Source of the DNA: Longimicrobiales bacterium
GTDB lineage: Bacteria; Gemmatimonadota; Gemmatimonadetes; Longimicrobiales; Gaopeijiaceae
Direction: 5' to 3'
NCBI GenBank assembly: GCA_965219445.1
Contig: CBDCNQ010000005.1
Coordinates: forward strand, 1,344,001 to 1,408,000
Length of the DNA: 64,000 nucleotides
Shown here piece after piece: positions 49,255-59,944 of the stretch. The position numbers were made by a program, and so were the translations under genes. Each line of letters begins with the position of its first letter. Positions within the stretch are counted from its first letter, which is position 1. Under the pieces are notes generated by a model, which was not told where the DNA came from, did not search any database, and worked only from the letters and a program-made list of their open reading frames with translations.

Positions 49255-49617
49255 CTACTGCCCCTTCCTCGCCCAGCGATCCCCGTCCCGGGTGCGGTAC
49301 TTCTCCATCACAGCGTCGAGCGCCTTGCCGAGGTCGATCCCCTGCTCGTTGGCCATACAAAGGATGACGAACAACACGTCGGCCAGCTCCTCCGCCATCT
49401 CCTGCTCACTCTCGTCGGGCCTCTTGGGCTTGGTGCCGAAGCGATGGTTCACCAGGCGTGCGAGTTCCCCCACTTCCTCCATGAGCCGGGCCAGGTTTGC
49501 CAACGGCGGCCAATAGCCCTCTTCGAATTGGGAGATCCACTCCTCCACTCGGTCCTGAGCGTCCAGCAATCCAGGATGCTGAGGCCGAACCTTCCCAGGA
49601 GTCCCGGGGTCCGTCAT
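49255..49617 (-). CDS. MazG-like nucleotide pyrophosphohydrolase (YpjD-like)
   Basis: LARLMEEVGELAR...EELADVLF...KYRTRD. Confidence 0.9.
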   Translation of the reverse strand: MTDPGTPGKVRPQHPGLLDAQDRVEEWISQFEEGYWPPLANLARLMEEVGELARLVNHRFGTKPKRPDESEQEMAEELADVLFVILCMANEQGIDLGKALDAVMEKYRTRDGDRWARKGQ

Positions 49618-50651
49618 GGGACCAGAACCAGTTTGCCGAACACCTCACCCGCCTCTAAAAGCTCGTGCGCACGCCGGGCCTCCTCGAGCGGCAGAACCTC
49701 CTGGATGACGGGCACAAGACGTCCCTCGAACACGAGGTTCATGACCCGCCGGAAGTCCTCCGGAGGCCCCATGGTAGTCCCGAGGATGGAGAGTTGCTTC
49801 CAAAAGATTACACGAACGTCACTCGTGACCGCCGGCCCACCCGTACCGCCGTAGGAGACGAGTCGTCCCCCGACAGCGAGAGACCGAAGGCACCCCTCCC
49901 ACACGGGTTCGCCGACCGAGTCCACAATCAGATCGACTCCACGCTTCCCAGTTTCGCGCCACACTTCTCTCGAGAAATCCACCTCGAGACGATCATACGT
50001 GACGTCGGCACCGAGCGCCTCCACCCGCTCTACGTTGGCGGGACCGCTGGTCAGTGCATAAACGCGGGCCCCGGACAGCTTGGCGATCTGTATGGCCGCC
50101 GTGGATACGCCCCCGGACGCCCCCGTCACCAAGACCCTTTCACCAGGCTGCAGCCCACCCCGTCCCAACAGAGCATGCCACGCCGTCACAAACGTGAGCC
50201 CCGCCGCGGCCGCGGTCTCGAAGGATACGGCGTCCGGGATCTCGAGTAAGTTGGCAGCGGGGGCCACAAAGTACTCCGCAAAACCGCCCTGTGTGTGTTC
50301 GCCCAGGACGCTGAAGGTTTTGTCCTCCATCAGGAGACCACGGGGAGCGCCTTGGTACCACTCGTAGTTGAGGGACGGATCGACCACAACCCGGGTACCG
50401 ATCGCTACGCCTCCCACTCCCACTTCCACCCCCGTCCCCAAGGCGTCCACGACACCGGCGACGTCCGACCCCCCGATGTGTGGCATGGGGATTTCGAAGG
50501 GGAGGCCTCGGCGCGCCCAAAGATCCAGGTGATTGAGGGAGGCCGCTCGCACGGCGATCCGTACCTCGCCGAAACCCGGCTCCGGCACCTGGGCATCCGC
50601 GATGTGGATCACCTCGGGTCCACCGTGTTCAGAAAAGAGGGCCGCTCGCAT
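49614..50651 (-). CDS. MDR family (zinc-binding/quinone) oxidoreductase
   Basis: ASLNHLD, PHIGGSD, GASGGV, FGKLVL. Confidence 0.88.
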   Translation of the reverse strand: MRAALFSEHGGPEVIHIADAQVPEPGFGEVRIAVRAASLNHLDLWARRGLPFEIPMPHIGGSDVAGVVDALGTGVEVGVGGVAIGTRVVVDPSLNYEWYQGAPRGLLMEDKTFSVLGEHTQGGFAEYFVAPAANLLEIPDAVSFETAAAAGLTFVTAWHALLGRGGLQPGERVLVTGASGGVSTAAIQIAKLSGARVYALTSGPANVERVEALGADVTYDRLEVDFSREVWRETGKRGVDLIVDSVGEPVWEGCLRSLAVGGRLVSYGGTGGPAVTSDVRVIFWKQLSILGTTMGPPEDFRRVMNLVFEGRLVPVIQEVLPLEEARRAHELLEAGEVFGKLVLVP

Positions 50652-50807
50652 TCTAGCTCCGTGGGAAGGGGGCGAGGAGGGAGGCGAAGAGTACCTTCCC
50701 GGCAGTCGACCCAGCAAGCGCCGAGGCTGTGCGGCCCCGCTCGTCTACCTTATCGTTCAAGACGACCTTCGACCCCCTCGGGGAACCAAGGAGCCTGTCC
50801 GAGTAGC

Positions 50808-51197
50808 ATGAAGGACCGAACGACCGCACCCAGAGCCTCTACGCCCAGGGGCGACGGCCCCGAGGGCTCCGATTCGCAGGACGCGCGCGACACGACGCTT
50901 GGGGGATATCTGGAAGTCCATGAACGCCCCCCGGGCTTTACAGGCTCGGACGGACAGCCGTATACCGCCTCTGTCGAGATCGAGTCTGTGGAGAACCTCG
51001 CCGCCCCGTACGTCGGTTTCCTGGTCTTCCCGCGATGGGCCGAAACGGGCCTCGGTATCGTGGGTCACCTGGAGACGCCCGTGTTGTGGGAGGGAAGGAG
51101 TCGGGGCGAAGTTCAGGACCGAATCCATGCGCTCCCTCTGGGCAACGTCAAGCGCCTGTTGGACGAGGCCATTCAGCGTAAGGAAGGGGACGACTGA
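50808..51197 (+). CDS. Hypothetical protein
   Basis: TLGGYLEVHERPPGFTGSDGQPYT...FLVFPRW. First gene of the apparent queE operon. Confidence 0.7.
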   Translation: MKDRTTAPRASTPRGDGPEGSDSQDARDTTLGGYLEVHERPPGFTGSDGQPYTASVEIESVENLAAPYVGFLVFPRWAETGLGIVGHLETPVLWEGRSRGEVQDRIHALPLGNVKRLLDEAIQRKEGDD

Positions 51198-51200
51198 GCG

Positions 51201-51878
51201 ATGAGTACGGGCCAGGCTCCCTTCCTTCGAATCACCGAAATCTTTCACTCCATCCAGGGCGAATCAACGTGGTCGGGGTTGCCGTGCACATTCGTACGGC
51301 TGACCGGCTGCCCTCTCCGATGCGTGTGGTGCGACACGGAATACGCCTTCCATGGGGGCACGCCGCGAACCCTCGACGAAATCGTGGACGAAGTCCGCTC
51401 GATCGGGACATCACTGGTCGAGATCACCGGAGGAGAGCCCCTGTCGCACCCTAATGCCTTTGTACTCGCAAAGCGTCTGCTCGACGAGGGGTTCACGGTC
51501 CTCGTGGAGACGTCCGGAGCGTTCGACGTGGCCCCGCTCGACCCCCGGGCACACCGGATCATGGATCTCAAGTGCCCGGGAAGCGGAGAGAGCGACAAGA
51601 ACCTTTGGGAGAACCTGGACCACCTGACGGACCAGGACGAAGTGAAGTTCGTGGTGCTCGACCGGACGGACTACGAGTGGGCGAGGGACACAATCCGGGA
51701 GCGGGGCCTCGACCGCCGCCTGGAGGAAGGCACGCTCGGCGATCTCCTGATGTCACCGGTATGGGGCGCATGCGATCTCCTCGATCTGGCCGGCTGGATT
51801 CTCGAGGACCGACTTCCAGTCCGGCTCCAGACGCAGCTTCACAAACATATTTGGGAGCCGGACGCCCGGGGTGTTTGA
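51201..51878 (+). CDS. queE: 7-carboxy-7-deazaguanine synthase (radical SAM)
   Basis: EIFHSIQGES, FVRLTGCPLRCVWCDT, TGGEPL, QLHKHIW. Confidence 0.93.
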   Translation: MSTGQAPFLRITEIFHSIQGESTWSGLPCTFVRLTGCPLRCVWCDTEYAFHGGTPRTLDEIVDEVRSIGTSLVEITGGEPLSHPNAFVLAKRLLDEGFTVLVETSGAFDVAPLDPRAHRIMDLKCPGSGESDKNLWENLDHLTDQDEVKFVVLDRTDYEWARDTIRERGLDRRLEEGTLGDLLMSPVWGACDLLDLAGWILEDRLPVRLQTQLHKHIWEPDARGV

Positions 51879-52478
51879 ATGGAGATCCCAGACGCTCGGT
51901 TGCGTAGACTCGCTGACCGGCTCTCCGACCGGCCGGAGTGTGGGAGCGAGCCCGAACCGCTGGAGGGTCACACGGAGGCTGCCGTTTCACTGATCCTCCG
52001 GACGGGCGCCGACCTCGAGGTTCTCCTGATCAAGCGCGCCGAGTCGGAGCGAGATCCGTGGTCGGGGCATGTAGCGCTACCGGGTGGACGCAGAGACCCC
52101 GAAGACGCGAACCTCACACGGACCGCGATCCGGGAAGCCGCTGAGGAGACAGGGGTGGAGCTCTCCTCATCCGGATGGTCGCTCGGCCGCCTGGGGCAAG
52201 TCGTGCCGAGTCACCCGGCGCTGCCTCCCATCACCATCACGCCCTACGTGTTCGGCGTACCGGAAATGGTCGAGGCACACGCAAACTCGGCAGAGGTCGA
52301 TCGCGTACTCTGGGTAACAGTCCCCGTCCTGCTCAATCCGAAAACCCGCGGGATCACCACCATCGTCCTGCCGGAGGGCTCGGCGGACTTCCCCTGCTAC
52401 TGGGTGGACGGCCACGCGATCTGGGGCCTCACCTTCCGGATTCTATCAGAATTCGGTGAGCTCGCGGGTGCACTCTGA
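51879..52478 (+). CDS. Nudix hydrolase, CoA pyrophosphatase family
   Basis: WSGHVALPGGRRD...TAIREAAEETG, IWGLT. Confidence 0.9.
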   Translation: MEIPDARLRRLADRLSDRPECGSEPEPLEGHTEAAVSLILRTGADLEVLLIKRAESERDPWSGHVALPGGRRDPEDANLTRTAIREAAEETGVELSSSGWSLGRLGQVVPSHPALPPITITPYVFGVPEMVEAHANSAEVDRVLWVTVPVLLNPKTRGITTIVLPEGSADFPCYWVDGHAIWGLTFRILSEFGELAGAL

Positions 52479-52504
52479 CGCGATTCGTCTAATGGGCCAG
52501 ATCG

Positions 52505-53587
52505 CTACTCGATCCATTCTGCGATGAACACGTTGGTCTCCCCCTCCTGAGCCTGACCCCGGTTCGAACCCCAGACCAGATAACGGCCATCCGGACTGAA
52601 CACAGGAAAGCCGTCGAATCCGGCCGTGAAGGTGATGCGCTCCTGCCCCGACCCATCCTCGTTGATCAAGTAGAGATCGAAGTCCCGCCCGGTCGGATCG
52701 TCCATGTTCGACGAGAAGATGATTTTCTCGCCCAAGGGGTGCCAAAACGGGCCGAAGTTCGCGGTACCGTTGTGCGTCACCTCCGTCTGATTCGACCCGT
52801 CAGCGTCCATCACGAAGATCTCGAGTTCACTCGGACGAATCAGCCCGTCAACCAGAAGAGAGGTGTAGTCCTCGATCTCTTCCGGAGTGGTGGGGCGATG
52901 GGCTCGGTACACGATCTTCGACCCGTCCGGAGAGTAGAACGGCCCCCCGTCGTAACCCACCGAGTCGGTGAGACGCAGTACATCGGAACCATCCGGCCTC
53001 ATCGAGTAGATATCGAGCTCCCCATCCCGCATCGACGTGAACACGATGCGATCGCCCACCGGAGAAAACGTCGCCTCCGCGTCGTAGCCGAACGAGTGCG
53101 TCAACTGCTGGAGGTTCGAGCCGTCGGCGTCGGCAACGAAGATGTCGAAGCTGGGGTATACTGCCCAAACGTATCCGCGTGAGAAATCAGGCACGGCCGG
53201 GCAGGCCGTATCGAAGTGGTGGGTCGAGGAGTAGAGTATCTTGTCGCCGGCTGGGTAATAATAGGAGCAAGTGGTTCGCCCCTGACCGGTGCTCAACAAC
53301 TCGACGTCGCTCCCGTCGAGCGACATAGTGTAGATTTGGTCGCATCCGCCGGCTCTGGGCGTGGACTGGAAGATCAGCTTGGTGCCGTCGAAGGAGAAAT
53401 ACGCTTCGGCGTTCTCACCCTCGAAGGTGAGTTGGCGTATGTTCCGGAGATGGACCTCCTGAACGGCAGCTGCGATCTGGACCGCAGGGGCGGTGCGGGC
53501 TTGATTCGTGGTGTCGGCCCCGGTGGTAGCGAACACGAGGAGTCCGGTGACGGTGACGGCCGCTCCCGGTTTCAAGAGTGAGGACAT
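52505..53587 (-). CDS. TolB-like PD40-repeat protein (paralog of 28349-29551)
   Basis: ENAEAYFS, GRTTCSY, YDAEATFSP, GYDGGPFYSPDG. Confidence 0.85.
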   Translation of the reverse strand: MSSLLKPGAAVTVTGLLVFATTGADTTNQARTAPAVQIAAAVQEVHLRNIRQLTFEGENAEAYFSFDGTKLIFQSTPRAGGCDQIYTMSLDGSDVELLSTGQGRTTCSYYYPAGDKILYSSTHHFDTACPAVPDFSRGYVWAVYPSFDIFVADADGSNLQQLTHSFGYDAEATFSPVGDRIVFTSMRDGELDIYSMRPDGSDVLRLTDSVGYDGGPFYSPDGSKIVYRAHRPTTPEEIEDYTSLLVDGLIRPSELEIFVMDADGSNQTEVTHNGTANFGPFWHPLGEKIIFSSNMDDPTGRDFDLYLINEDGSGQERITFTAGFDGFPVFSPDGRYLVWGSNRGQAQEGETNVFIAEWIE

Positions 53588-53610
53588 GAAAAGTCTCCAG
53601 AGGATGATCG

Positions 53611-54089
53611 ATGTCTAGCGTATCGATGTCTAACGTACGGACCGTCTTCGCGGCGCTCGCAACCGGGCTCGCGCTCTCGAGCCCGGCAGGCCCTTCGTCC
53701 GCCCAGCAGATCCTCGACTGTCCAGACGTCGACGAGATCACGGAGGGCATGGACCCAACCCTCGCACACGTCCGCTACCTGGCTGACGACGCCCTCGAGG
53801 GCCGTGGAGCAGGAACGAGCGGTGCACGCTGCGCAGGACAGTACATCGCCGACCAGTTCGAGGCCATTGGCCTCGAAGGCGCCGGCCTGAGGGGAAGCTA
53901 CTTCCAGGGCTTTCCGATCCGCGCGGGCGCCGTCCTCGGCACAGGAAGCACACTCCGAACCCCGCAGACGACATTTACGCCTACACGTACGCGCTGCAAG
54001 ATCACGAGCCGGGCGATGCCGTCGAGATCGTCGTCCTGCGCGACGGGGAGCGGCTGACGTTAACGGCAGTGCTGGGGGACCGGCGGTAG
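53611..54089 (+). pseudogene. M28/PDZ peptidase with a large out-of-frame internal deletion
   Basis: N-terminus [16 protein letters not shown]...[11 protein letters not shown] is joined at ~53965 to another frame, [40 protein letters not shown]. That tail matches the PDZ end of the paralog at 29548. Confidence 0.85.
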
Positions 54090-54180
54090 TCGGGGGGGCC
54101 ATCCCGGATCCTAACCTATTGAATCCGTATCCCACGGTCGCCAGCTCGTTCTCCACTTTGTCCGAGTACAGGAGGATCCC

Positions 54181-55254
54181 GTGAAACATCTCACTCTCGT
54201 CGTCATGCTGACCGCGTTCGCCAACACTCCAGCGGTCGCGCAGCAATCCGCGCCGGAGATCCCTTTCGAGTCGGTTCCCCGCCCCCTTCGGTATTCGCCT
54301 GACATGAATCTCGGTGAGGTTCTCGGTGTGGCGGTGAACTCCGAGGGCCACATCGTGGTCTTGAACCACCCCGGTAGTGCAAACGCCGGCCCGATATGGA
54401 TGAACTCCACGACGCAGCTGCTCGAGTTCGACGAGGACGGCGACTTCGTGCGCGAGATCGGAAAGGGCGTCTATGGCATCGCATACGCTCACCAGGTTCG
54501 CTTCGACGAGGACGACAACCTGTGGGTCGTGGACAAGGCGGCGAATACCGTCATCAAGTTCGATCCGGACGGATACGTCACCATGAACCTGGGGCGCAGG
54601 GAAGAAGGCTATCACGGCATAGTGGAGCTCCCCACCCAGCAGGAGGCGAGGGCCTCCGGGGGTTTCTTCAACGGGCCGACGGACGTCGCGTGGGATCCGG
54701 ACGGCAACATCTTCGTGAGTGACGGCTACGTGAACTCCCGGATGGCGAAATTCGACAAGCACGGGAACTTCCTCATGGATTGGAGCTCTTTTGGTACGGA
54801 GATCGGCCAGCTGCGCCTACCCCACGCCATGGTGGTCGACAAGGCGGGCGACGTGTATGTGGCCGACCGATCCAACCGGCGTATTCAGGTCTTCGACTCC
54901 GACGGCAACTTCGAGCGTATGCTCCTGATGAACGTGCCTTATCCGGCCGACTACCAACCGCCCTTCAGCGCGATCAACCCGAACCGCCAACTTCCGGAGG
55001 CCACACAACCTTGGGCAATGTGCCTGACCGAGTCGTCCCCCCAGGAGCTCTGGGTGGCCGACCAGGAGCCTGGCCGTATCTACCGGATGACGCTCGAAGG
55101 TAAGATCCTCGGTTGGCTCGGCAGCGCAGGTCGGCAGCTGGGGCAGTTCAACTGGATTCACGGGTTGGACTGCTCACAGTTGGATGACGGCGTGCTTTGG
55201 GTTGCCGACATGAACAACTGGCGGGTGCAAAAGCTGCTCGTCGACCTGCACTGA
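54181..55254 (+). CDS. NHL-repeat protein, peptidyl-alpha-hydroxyglycine alpha-amidating lyase (PAL)-like
   Basis: Signal peptide, AHQVRFD, FNGPTDVA, SDGYVNSR, LPHA, VADRSNRRIQVF. Confidence 0.8.
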   Translation: MKHLTLVVMLTAFANTPAVAQQSAPEIPFESVPRPLRYSPDMNLGEVLGVAVNSEGHIVVLNHPGSANAGPIWMNSTTQLLEFDEDGDFVREIGKGVYGIAYAHQVRFDEDDNLWVVDKAANTVIKFDPDGYVTMNLGRREEGYHGIVELPTQQEARASGGFFNGPTDVAWDPDGNIFVSDGYVNSRMAKFDKHGNFLMDWSSFGTEIGQLRLPHAMVVDKAGDVYVADRSNRRIQVFDSDGNFERMLLMNVPYPADYQPPFSAINPNRQLPEATQPWAMCLTESSPQELWVADQEPGRIYRMTLEGKILGWLGSAGRQLGQFNWIHGLDCSQLDDGVLWVADMNNWRVQKLLVDLH

Positions 55255-55281
55255 CTTCGGCTCTGGAGGTCGGTGGCTATG

Positions 55282-57801
55282 CTAGGCCAGCAGATCCAGC
55301 TGTCCGACCGATAGTGCTGCAGCTTCTTCCGTCTCGCTCTCGCTGCCCCCCGCCTCGGTCTCGCCGCCTCCCGTCTCGCCATACGCCCGCGTCACCTCCA
55401 GAACCCGGTCACCCGCGGCCGGATTGACCAGAGCACACCCCCGGGTTCGCCTTCCTCGGCACGGAATCTGATCGGCGTGAAGGCGCGTGACCGTCCCGCC
55501 CGCCATCACGACCATGACCTCGTCTCCCTCGAGCACCTCCAAGGCGGATACGAGGGGCGTCCCGTCTCCGGACGGGACCGCCCGCGTGCCTAGTCCACCA
55601 CGCTTCTGGAGCGGGAAGTCCCCCACCTCCGTGCGCTTTCCCTTCCCGTCCTCAGTGACGCTCAAGACCCAAGCGTCCCTACGGATGAGCAGCATCCCGA
55701 CAACGTAATCGTCGTCCTTGAGGTCGACGCCCTTCACCCCCTGTGCGGTACGTCCCAAAACAGAAAGATCGGATTCCGGAAATCGGATGGCCCTGCCGGC
55801 CTTGGTGATCAGCATGACCTCACCGTCACCCTCGGAGAGGCGCACGTCCACGATGCGGTCTCCATTCTTCAGGCTCGCCGCAATTACGCCCCCCGCACGT
55901 GGATGCGCGAACTCCGAGAGCTTGGTTCGTTTCATGAGGCCGTTTTTCGTGATAAATACGACGAACCGTTCCGCGGTTAGATCGTCCGTCGGCAATATCG
56001 TGACGATCGCGTCGCTGCGGTCAGCCTGGGTCAGCCCATAGATCGACTGTCCCCGGGACGCCCTTCCCCCCTCGGGTACATCCAGAACCGGAAGGAAGTG
56101 CAGATGCCCATTCTCGGTGAAGGCGAGTAACCAGCCCTGTGTGCGGGCCACCAGGACCCGTTCCAGATAGTCGGTCTCGAACCGCTCCATCCCCGCTAGC
56201 GCCTTCCCGGATGAGACCCGACGCCGGTAGAGGTGCATCGGAATTCGCTTCAAGAACCCCTCGTGGCTGAGGGTGATCACGGCGTCTTCATCGGCAACCG
56301 TGTTTTCCACCTTCATCTCTTCCGACCCGTCGCCTTCCAGAATGACCGTCCGTCGCGCATCCCCATACTTCTCAACGATCTCGTCCAGCTCCTCGAGCAT
56401 GACCTCCAGCTTTCGGGCCTCGCTCTTGAGGATGCCCTTCAGGTCCTTGATGATGGCCTTGAGCTCCTTGAGCCGCCCCCTGAGTTCGTTCTGCTCGAGC
56501 GCGGTCAGCTTGGCGAGCCGCATGTTGAGAATGGCGTCCGCTTGGATCTCGGAGAGTCCGAGCAGGTCTTGAAGCCTCTCGGAAGCCTCGGAACGATTCG
56601 CCGAACCTCGGATGATTCGGATGACCTCATCGATAGCGCCAAGTGCAGCCACCAAACCCTCCGCAACGTGCTTCTCCGCTTGCGCTTTTTCGAGGTCATG
56701 CTGCGACCGGCGCCGAATGACCTCGACGCGGTGATCCCTGAAACGCTCGAGAAGTTGAACCAGGGTGAACTCCTGCGGCTCGCCGTCGTCCAGGGCGATC
56801 ATGATGGCTCCGAACGTGCTTTGGAGGCTGGTCTTCTTCTGCAGCAACTTGATGACTTTGCCGGCCTTCGCGCCCCGTTTCAGCTCCACGACCAGCCGGA
56901 GCCCGTCCCGGTCCGATTCGTCCCTCATGTCAGCGATGTCCGGAGCTCCGCCTCGCCTCGCGAGGTCGGCGATCTGCCGGATGATCCGCGTCTTCGAAAC
57001 TGCGTATGGGAGCTCGGTAACGACGAGCTGGTCCTTCCCGGCCCGGAGCGCCTCCTTGACGATGCGGGCGCGCATGACGATCCGGCCCCGTCCGCTCTCA
57101 TACATTTGGCGAATCCCGTCACGCCCGACGACGAATCCACCCGTCGGGAAATCGGGGCCCGGAAGGTGCTTCATCAAGATGTCGAGAGTCGGATCGGGCT
57201 CCTCGATCATGGCTCTCAGAGCGCCGGCGACCTCCCTCAGGTTGTGGGGCGGCACGTTCGTGCTCAGCCCGACTGCGATCCCCGAGGACCCGTTGATCAG
57301 AAGGTTGGGCACCCGAGAGGGCAGAACGCTGGGCTCGCTACGTTGGCCATCGAAGTTCTCGACGAGATCCACCGTTTCCTTCTCGATGTCCGCGAGAATG
57401 TCCTCGGCAATCGGTGCTAGCTTGGCTTCCGTGTACCGGTATGCCGCTGCGGAGTCGCCGTCGATCGAGCCGAAGTTCCCTTGACCGTCCACAAGCGGAT
57501 AGCGAAGGGAAAAGTCTTGGACCATTCGGACGAGCGCGTCGTACACGGCCGTGTCGCCATGGGGGTGATACTTGCCCAGGACGTCACCCACCACGGTCGC
57601 ACTCTTCTTGTAAGGCCTGTCCGGCCTCAGTCCCGCGTCATGCATGGCGAAGAGGATGCGCCGGTGGACCGGTTTCAGCCCGTCCCGGACATCGGGAAGG
57701 GCTCTTTGGACAATCACGCTCATCGAGTAGTCGAGGAAGGATTCTCGCATCTCCTGCTCGATGAGCCTCGGCAGAATGCGCTCTCGCGTCTGGGCCGTCA
57801 T
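55282..57801 (-). CDS. Type IIA topoisomerase subunit A, probably ParC-like (no GyrA-box)
   Basis: [30 protein letters not shown]. The first C-terminal blade reads YRRRVSSGK instead of QxRGGKG. Confidence 0.88.
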   Translation of the reverse strand: MTAQTRERILPRLIEQEMRESFLDYSMSVIVQRALPDVRDGLKPVHRRILFAMHDAGLRPDRPYKKSATVVGDVLGKYHPHGDTAVYDALVRMVQDFSLRYPLVDGQGNFGSIDGDSAAAYRYTEAKLAPIAEDILADIEKETVDLVENFDGQRSEPSVLPSRVPNLLINGSSGIAVGLSTNVPPHNLREVAGALRAMIEEPDPTLDILMKHLPGPDFPTGGFVVGRDGIRQMYESGRGRIVMRARIVKEALRAGKDQLVVTELPYAVSKTRIIRQIADLARRGGAPDIADMRDESDRDGLRLVVELKRGAKAGKVIKLLQKKTSLQSTFGAIMIALDDGEPQEFTLVQLLERFRDHRVEVIRRRSQHDLEKAQAEKHVAEGLVAALGAIDEVIRIIRGSANRSEASERLQDLLGLSEIQADAILNMRLAKLTALEQNELRGRLKELKAIIKDLKGILKSEARKLEVMLEELDEIVEKYGDARRTVILEGDGSEEMKVENTVADEDAVITLSHEGFLKRIPMHLYRRRVSSGKALAGMERFETDYLERVLVARTQGWLLAFTENGHLHFLPVLDVPEGGRASRGQSIYGLTQADRSDAIVTILPTDDLTAERFVVFITKNGLMKRTKLSEFAHPRAGGVIAASLKNGDRIVDVRLSEGDGEVMLITKAGRAIRFPESDLSVLGRTAQGVKGVDLKDDDYVVGMLLIRRDAWVLSVTEDGKGKRTEVGDFPLQKRGGLGTRAVPSGDGTPLVSALEVLEGDEVMVVMAGGTVTRLHADQIPCRGRRTRGCALVNPAAGDRVLEVTRAYGETGGGETEAGGSESETEEAAALSVGQLDLLA

Positions 57802-57901
57802 TCCATCTCCCGGTGAACCGAATATATACCGAAAATCAGGGCATCTCGGCACGATGCTTCGCCTACGATCTCAGGATAGGTGGAGCAAAGCAAGCCGGGG
57901 C

Positions 57902-57944
57902 AAAAAAAGAGGAGCCGCCGTCCAAAAGAGACCCGCGGCTCCCC
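57902..57944 (-). terminator. Intrinsic terminator after the sigma/anti-sigma operon
   Basis: Stem GGAGCCGC / GCGGCTCC followed by T7 on the minus strand. Confidence 0.75.
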
Positions 57945-57989
57945 GACTTCAAGTGATCCAGCGTTGGGATACCACACTAAAGTGTGGCG

Positions 57990-58346
57990 TCAGTCCAGCC
58001 CCCCATCCTCCGCAAGCGCCTTGCGCACCCGTTCCTTCAGGCTTTCCGACACTCGACCACCGTTCTGGGCCCGCCTCAGGGCCTCCAGGAAGTGCTTCTC
58101 GAACTGGACGCGAGGATAGCAGGCCTTGCAGATCTCCAAATGCGTGCGGACCTCCTCCTCCGACACAGCCTCGAGCTCACCGTCCAAGAACTCAAAGAGT
58201 CGGGCGCTGGCCTCCTCGCAGGAGATCATCGCGACGGCCGTTTCACCGGGCGGGCCGCTGCTCCCCGACGCATCCGTACCACCGGACCGGCCATCATCCT
58301 GGTTGGCGCCGCCCAACAACTGTTTCAACGATTCGAAGAATGACAC
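57990..58346 (-). CDS. Zinc-binding (zf-HC2) anti-sigma factor
   Basis: CEEA...FLDGEL...HLEICKAC (HxxxCxxC). Directly follows the ECF sigma. Confidence 0.88.
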   Translation of the reverse strand: MSFFESLKQLLGGANQDDGRSGGTDASGSSGPPGETAVAMISCEEASARLFEFLDGELEAVSEEEVRTHLEICKACYPRVQFEKHFLEALRRAQNGGRVSESLKERVRKALAEDGGLD

Positions 58347-58967
58347 CTAATCTTCTCCCGAGTCCAAAATGTATCCCATCTCGAGCGCATATTCATAGAG
58401 CCGGCGTTGAAGCTGACGGCGTCCACGAAAGAGCCGACTCTTTACCGTTCCGACCGGAATCCCCATGACCTCCGCAATCTCTCCATACGAGAGGTCCTCC
58501 AGGTCCGAAAGCACGACGACCATCCGATACTCCTCCGCCAACTCCTCTATCGCCTCCAAAACCTGATCATCGACGATGGACTGAAAGAACTCACCTTCGG
58601 GGTCGTCATCCCTGGATGCCGCGAACACCGGAGCCTCGCGGCTGATCGCTCGTGGATCGTCCTCCGCTGTCTCCCGGAGGATCGCGTCATGGCGCTGATC
58701 GCGTTCCCGCCTCCTCAGAAACACGTTCCTACAGATTGTAAATAACCAACTCTTACAGCGGGTTCCCGGTGCGTACTGCTCCCACGCACGGAAGGCGCGA
58801 AGGTAAGTGTCCTGCACGAGATCCTCTGCTTCGTCTCGAGCCCCGGATAGGCGCAAGGCGAATCTGTAGATCGCGTCCATGTGTGGGATCGCCTCTTGCG
58901 AAAAACTCGCCCCCTGTGAGTTGCGGTCGCCGGGCTGACCCTCACGCAATTCCGGCGGATCGGACAA
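58347..58967 (-). CDS. ECF RNA polymerase sigma factor (SigH/SigR-like)
   Basis: AEDLVQDTYLRA, SWLFTICRN, LSYGEIAEVMGIPVGTVKSRLFRGR. Confidence 0.92.
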   Translation of the reverse strand: MSDPPELREGQPGDRNSQGASFSQEAIPHMDAIYRFALRLSGARDEAEDLVQDTYLRAFRAWEQYAPGTRCKSWLFTICRNVFLRRRERDQRHDAILRETAEDDPRAISREAPVFAASRDDDPEGEFFQSIVDDQVLEAIEELAEEYRMVVVLSDLEDLSYGEIAEVMGIPVGTVKSRLFRGRRQLQRRLYEYALEMGYILDSGED

Positions 58968-58969
58968 GA

Positions 58970-59392
58970 TCAGTCCGGAAAGGCGAAATCTCTTGCGAGC
59001 TCGTCCGTGGCAGGACCACCGGTGACCAATTCGACGAGCGCCTCCATCTCGAGGCCGACTTCGTACAGCCGAGCCTGAACAGAGAAGGCATGAGCGAAAT
59101 CGAAGTAAGCGGACACGGCAACTTCGTGTGCCGGATGATTCGTCGCCACCATGGACTCCATCTCGACTCGAAGCATCTCGACGATGATCGCCACGGCGTG
59201 GAGCGACGATCTTTGCTCGGCGAGAGTCTTCACCGAGAAGTCGCCGTCGAGCCGTGGCATGAGAGCCGCCACTCGTTCGCGCTCCTCCGGAGGCGCGGCG
59301 ATCACTCCGTGCTCGTGGGCATACGCCTCGAGAATCTGGCGCGCACCGGCCTTAAGGGCGGTCAGTTCTTCGAAGTTGCAGTGCACGATCAC
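58970..59392 (-). CDS. Hypothetical protein
   Basis: GAGGAG RBS, clean ORF abutting the sigma gene. Confidence 0.75.
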   Translation of the reverse strand: MIVHCNFEELTALKAGARQILEAYAHEHGVIAAPPEERERVAALMPRLDGDFSVKTLAEQRSSLHAVAIIVEMLRVEMESMVATNHPAHEVAVSAYFDFAHAFSVQARLYEVGLEMEALVELVTGGPATDELARDFAFPD

Positions 59393-59493
59393 GCGATTCT
59401 CCTCGTGGCACGAAGTCCTACTGCTCTTCTACTTATTCGCTCCCACGTTTGTTTCTGCAAGTATGGCGTCTCTGGAAGGCTGTCAACAGCCTT

Positions 59494-59907
59494 CTAGGCG
59501 GCGGCTCCAGGCCCCTGCGGTCCTTCCACGGTCAACGGTAATGACACATGATGCTCCCCATCCACCTTCACGTCGAAGCTATATATACCGGGGCCTTTGA
59601 AGATCAGCCCGTCGAGATTGAGAATATGGGGAACACGGATGCCGTCTTGAGCGGCCAGTCCCCCGACCAACTGCATTTCTCCGTTCAGCGATAGTACTTC
59701 TGCGCCGCCCGGATCCGACATCCGAATGTGTACTTCATGAGAACCGATCTCCGAGGTCCCGGCAGTGAACCGCAAGACGAGTGTAATCCGTCCGTGCTGA
59801 GCAGGAAACTGCGACACGTCAATGCGATCAAGAATTCCGAGGATGCTCAGTTTCCCCGACGCATCAATGGTGGCCGCATCGGCCAGAAAAGCCACATCGA
59901 TCTCCAT
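59494..59907 (-). CDS. Hypothetical small beta-sandwich protein
   Basis: FLADAATIDASGKLSILG...GIYSFDVKVDG. GAGG RBS. Confidence 0.75.
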   Translation of the reverse strand: MEIDVAFLADAATIDASGKLSILGILDRIDVSQFPAQHGRITLVLRFTAGTSEIGSHEVHIRMSDPGGAEVLSLNGEMQLVGGLAAQDGIRVPHILNLDGLIFKGPGIYSFDVKVDGEHHVSLPLTVEGPQGPGAAA

Positions 59908-59944
59908 CCTACCTCTCACGTTTTCGACACGAATCTGTATGCGT

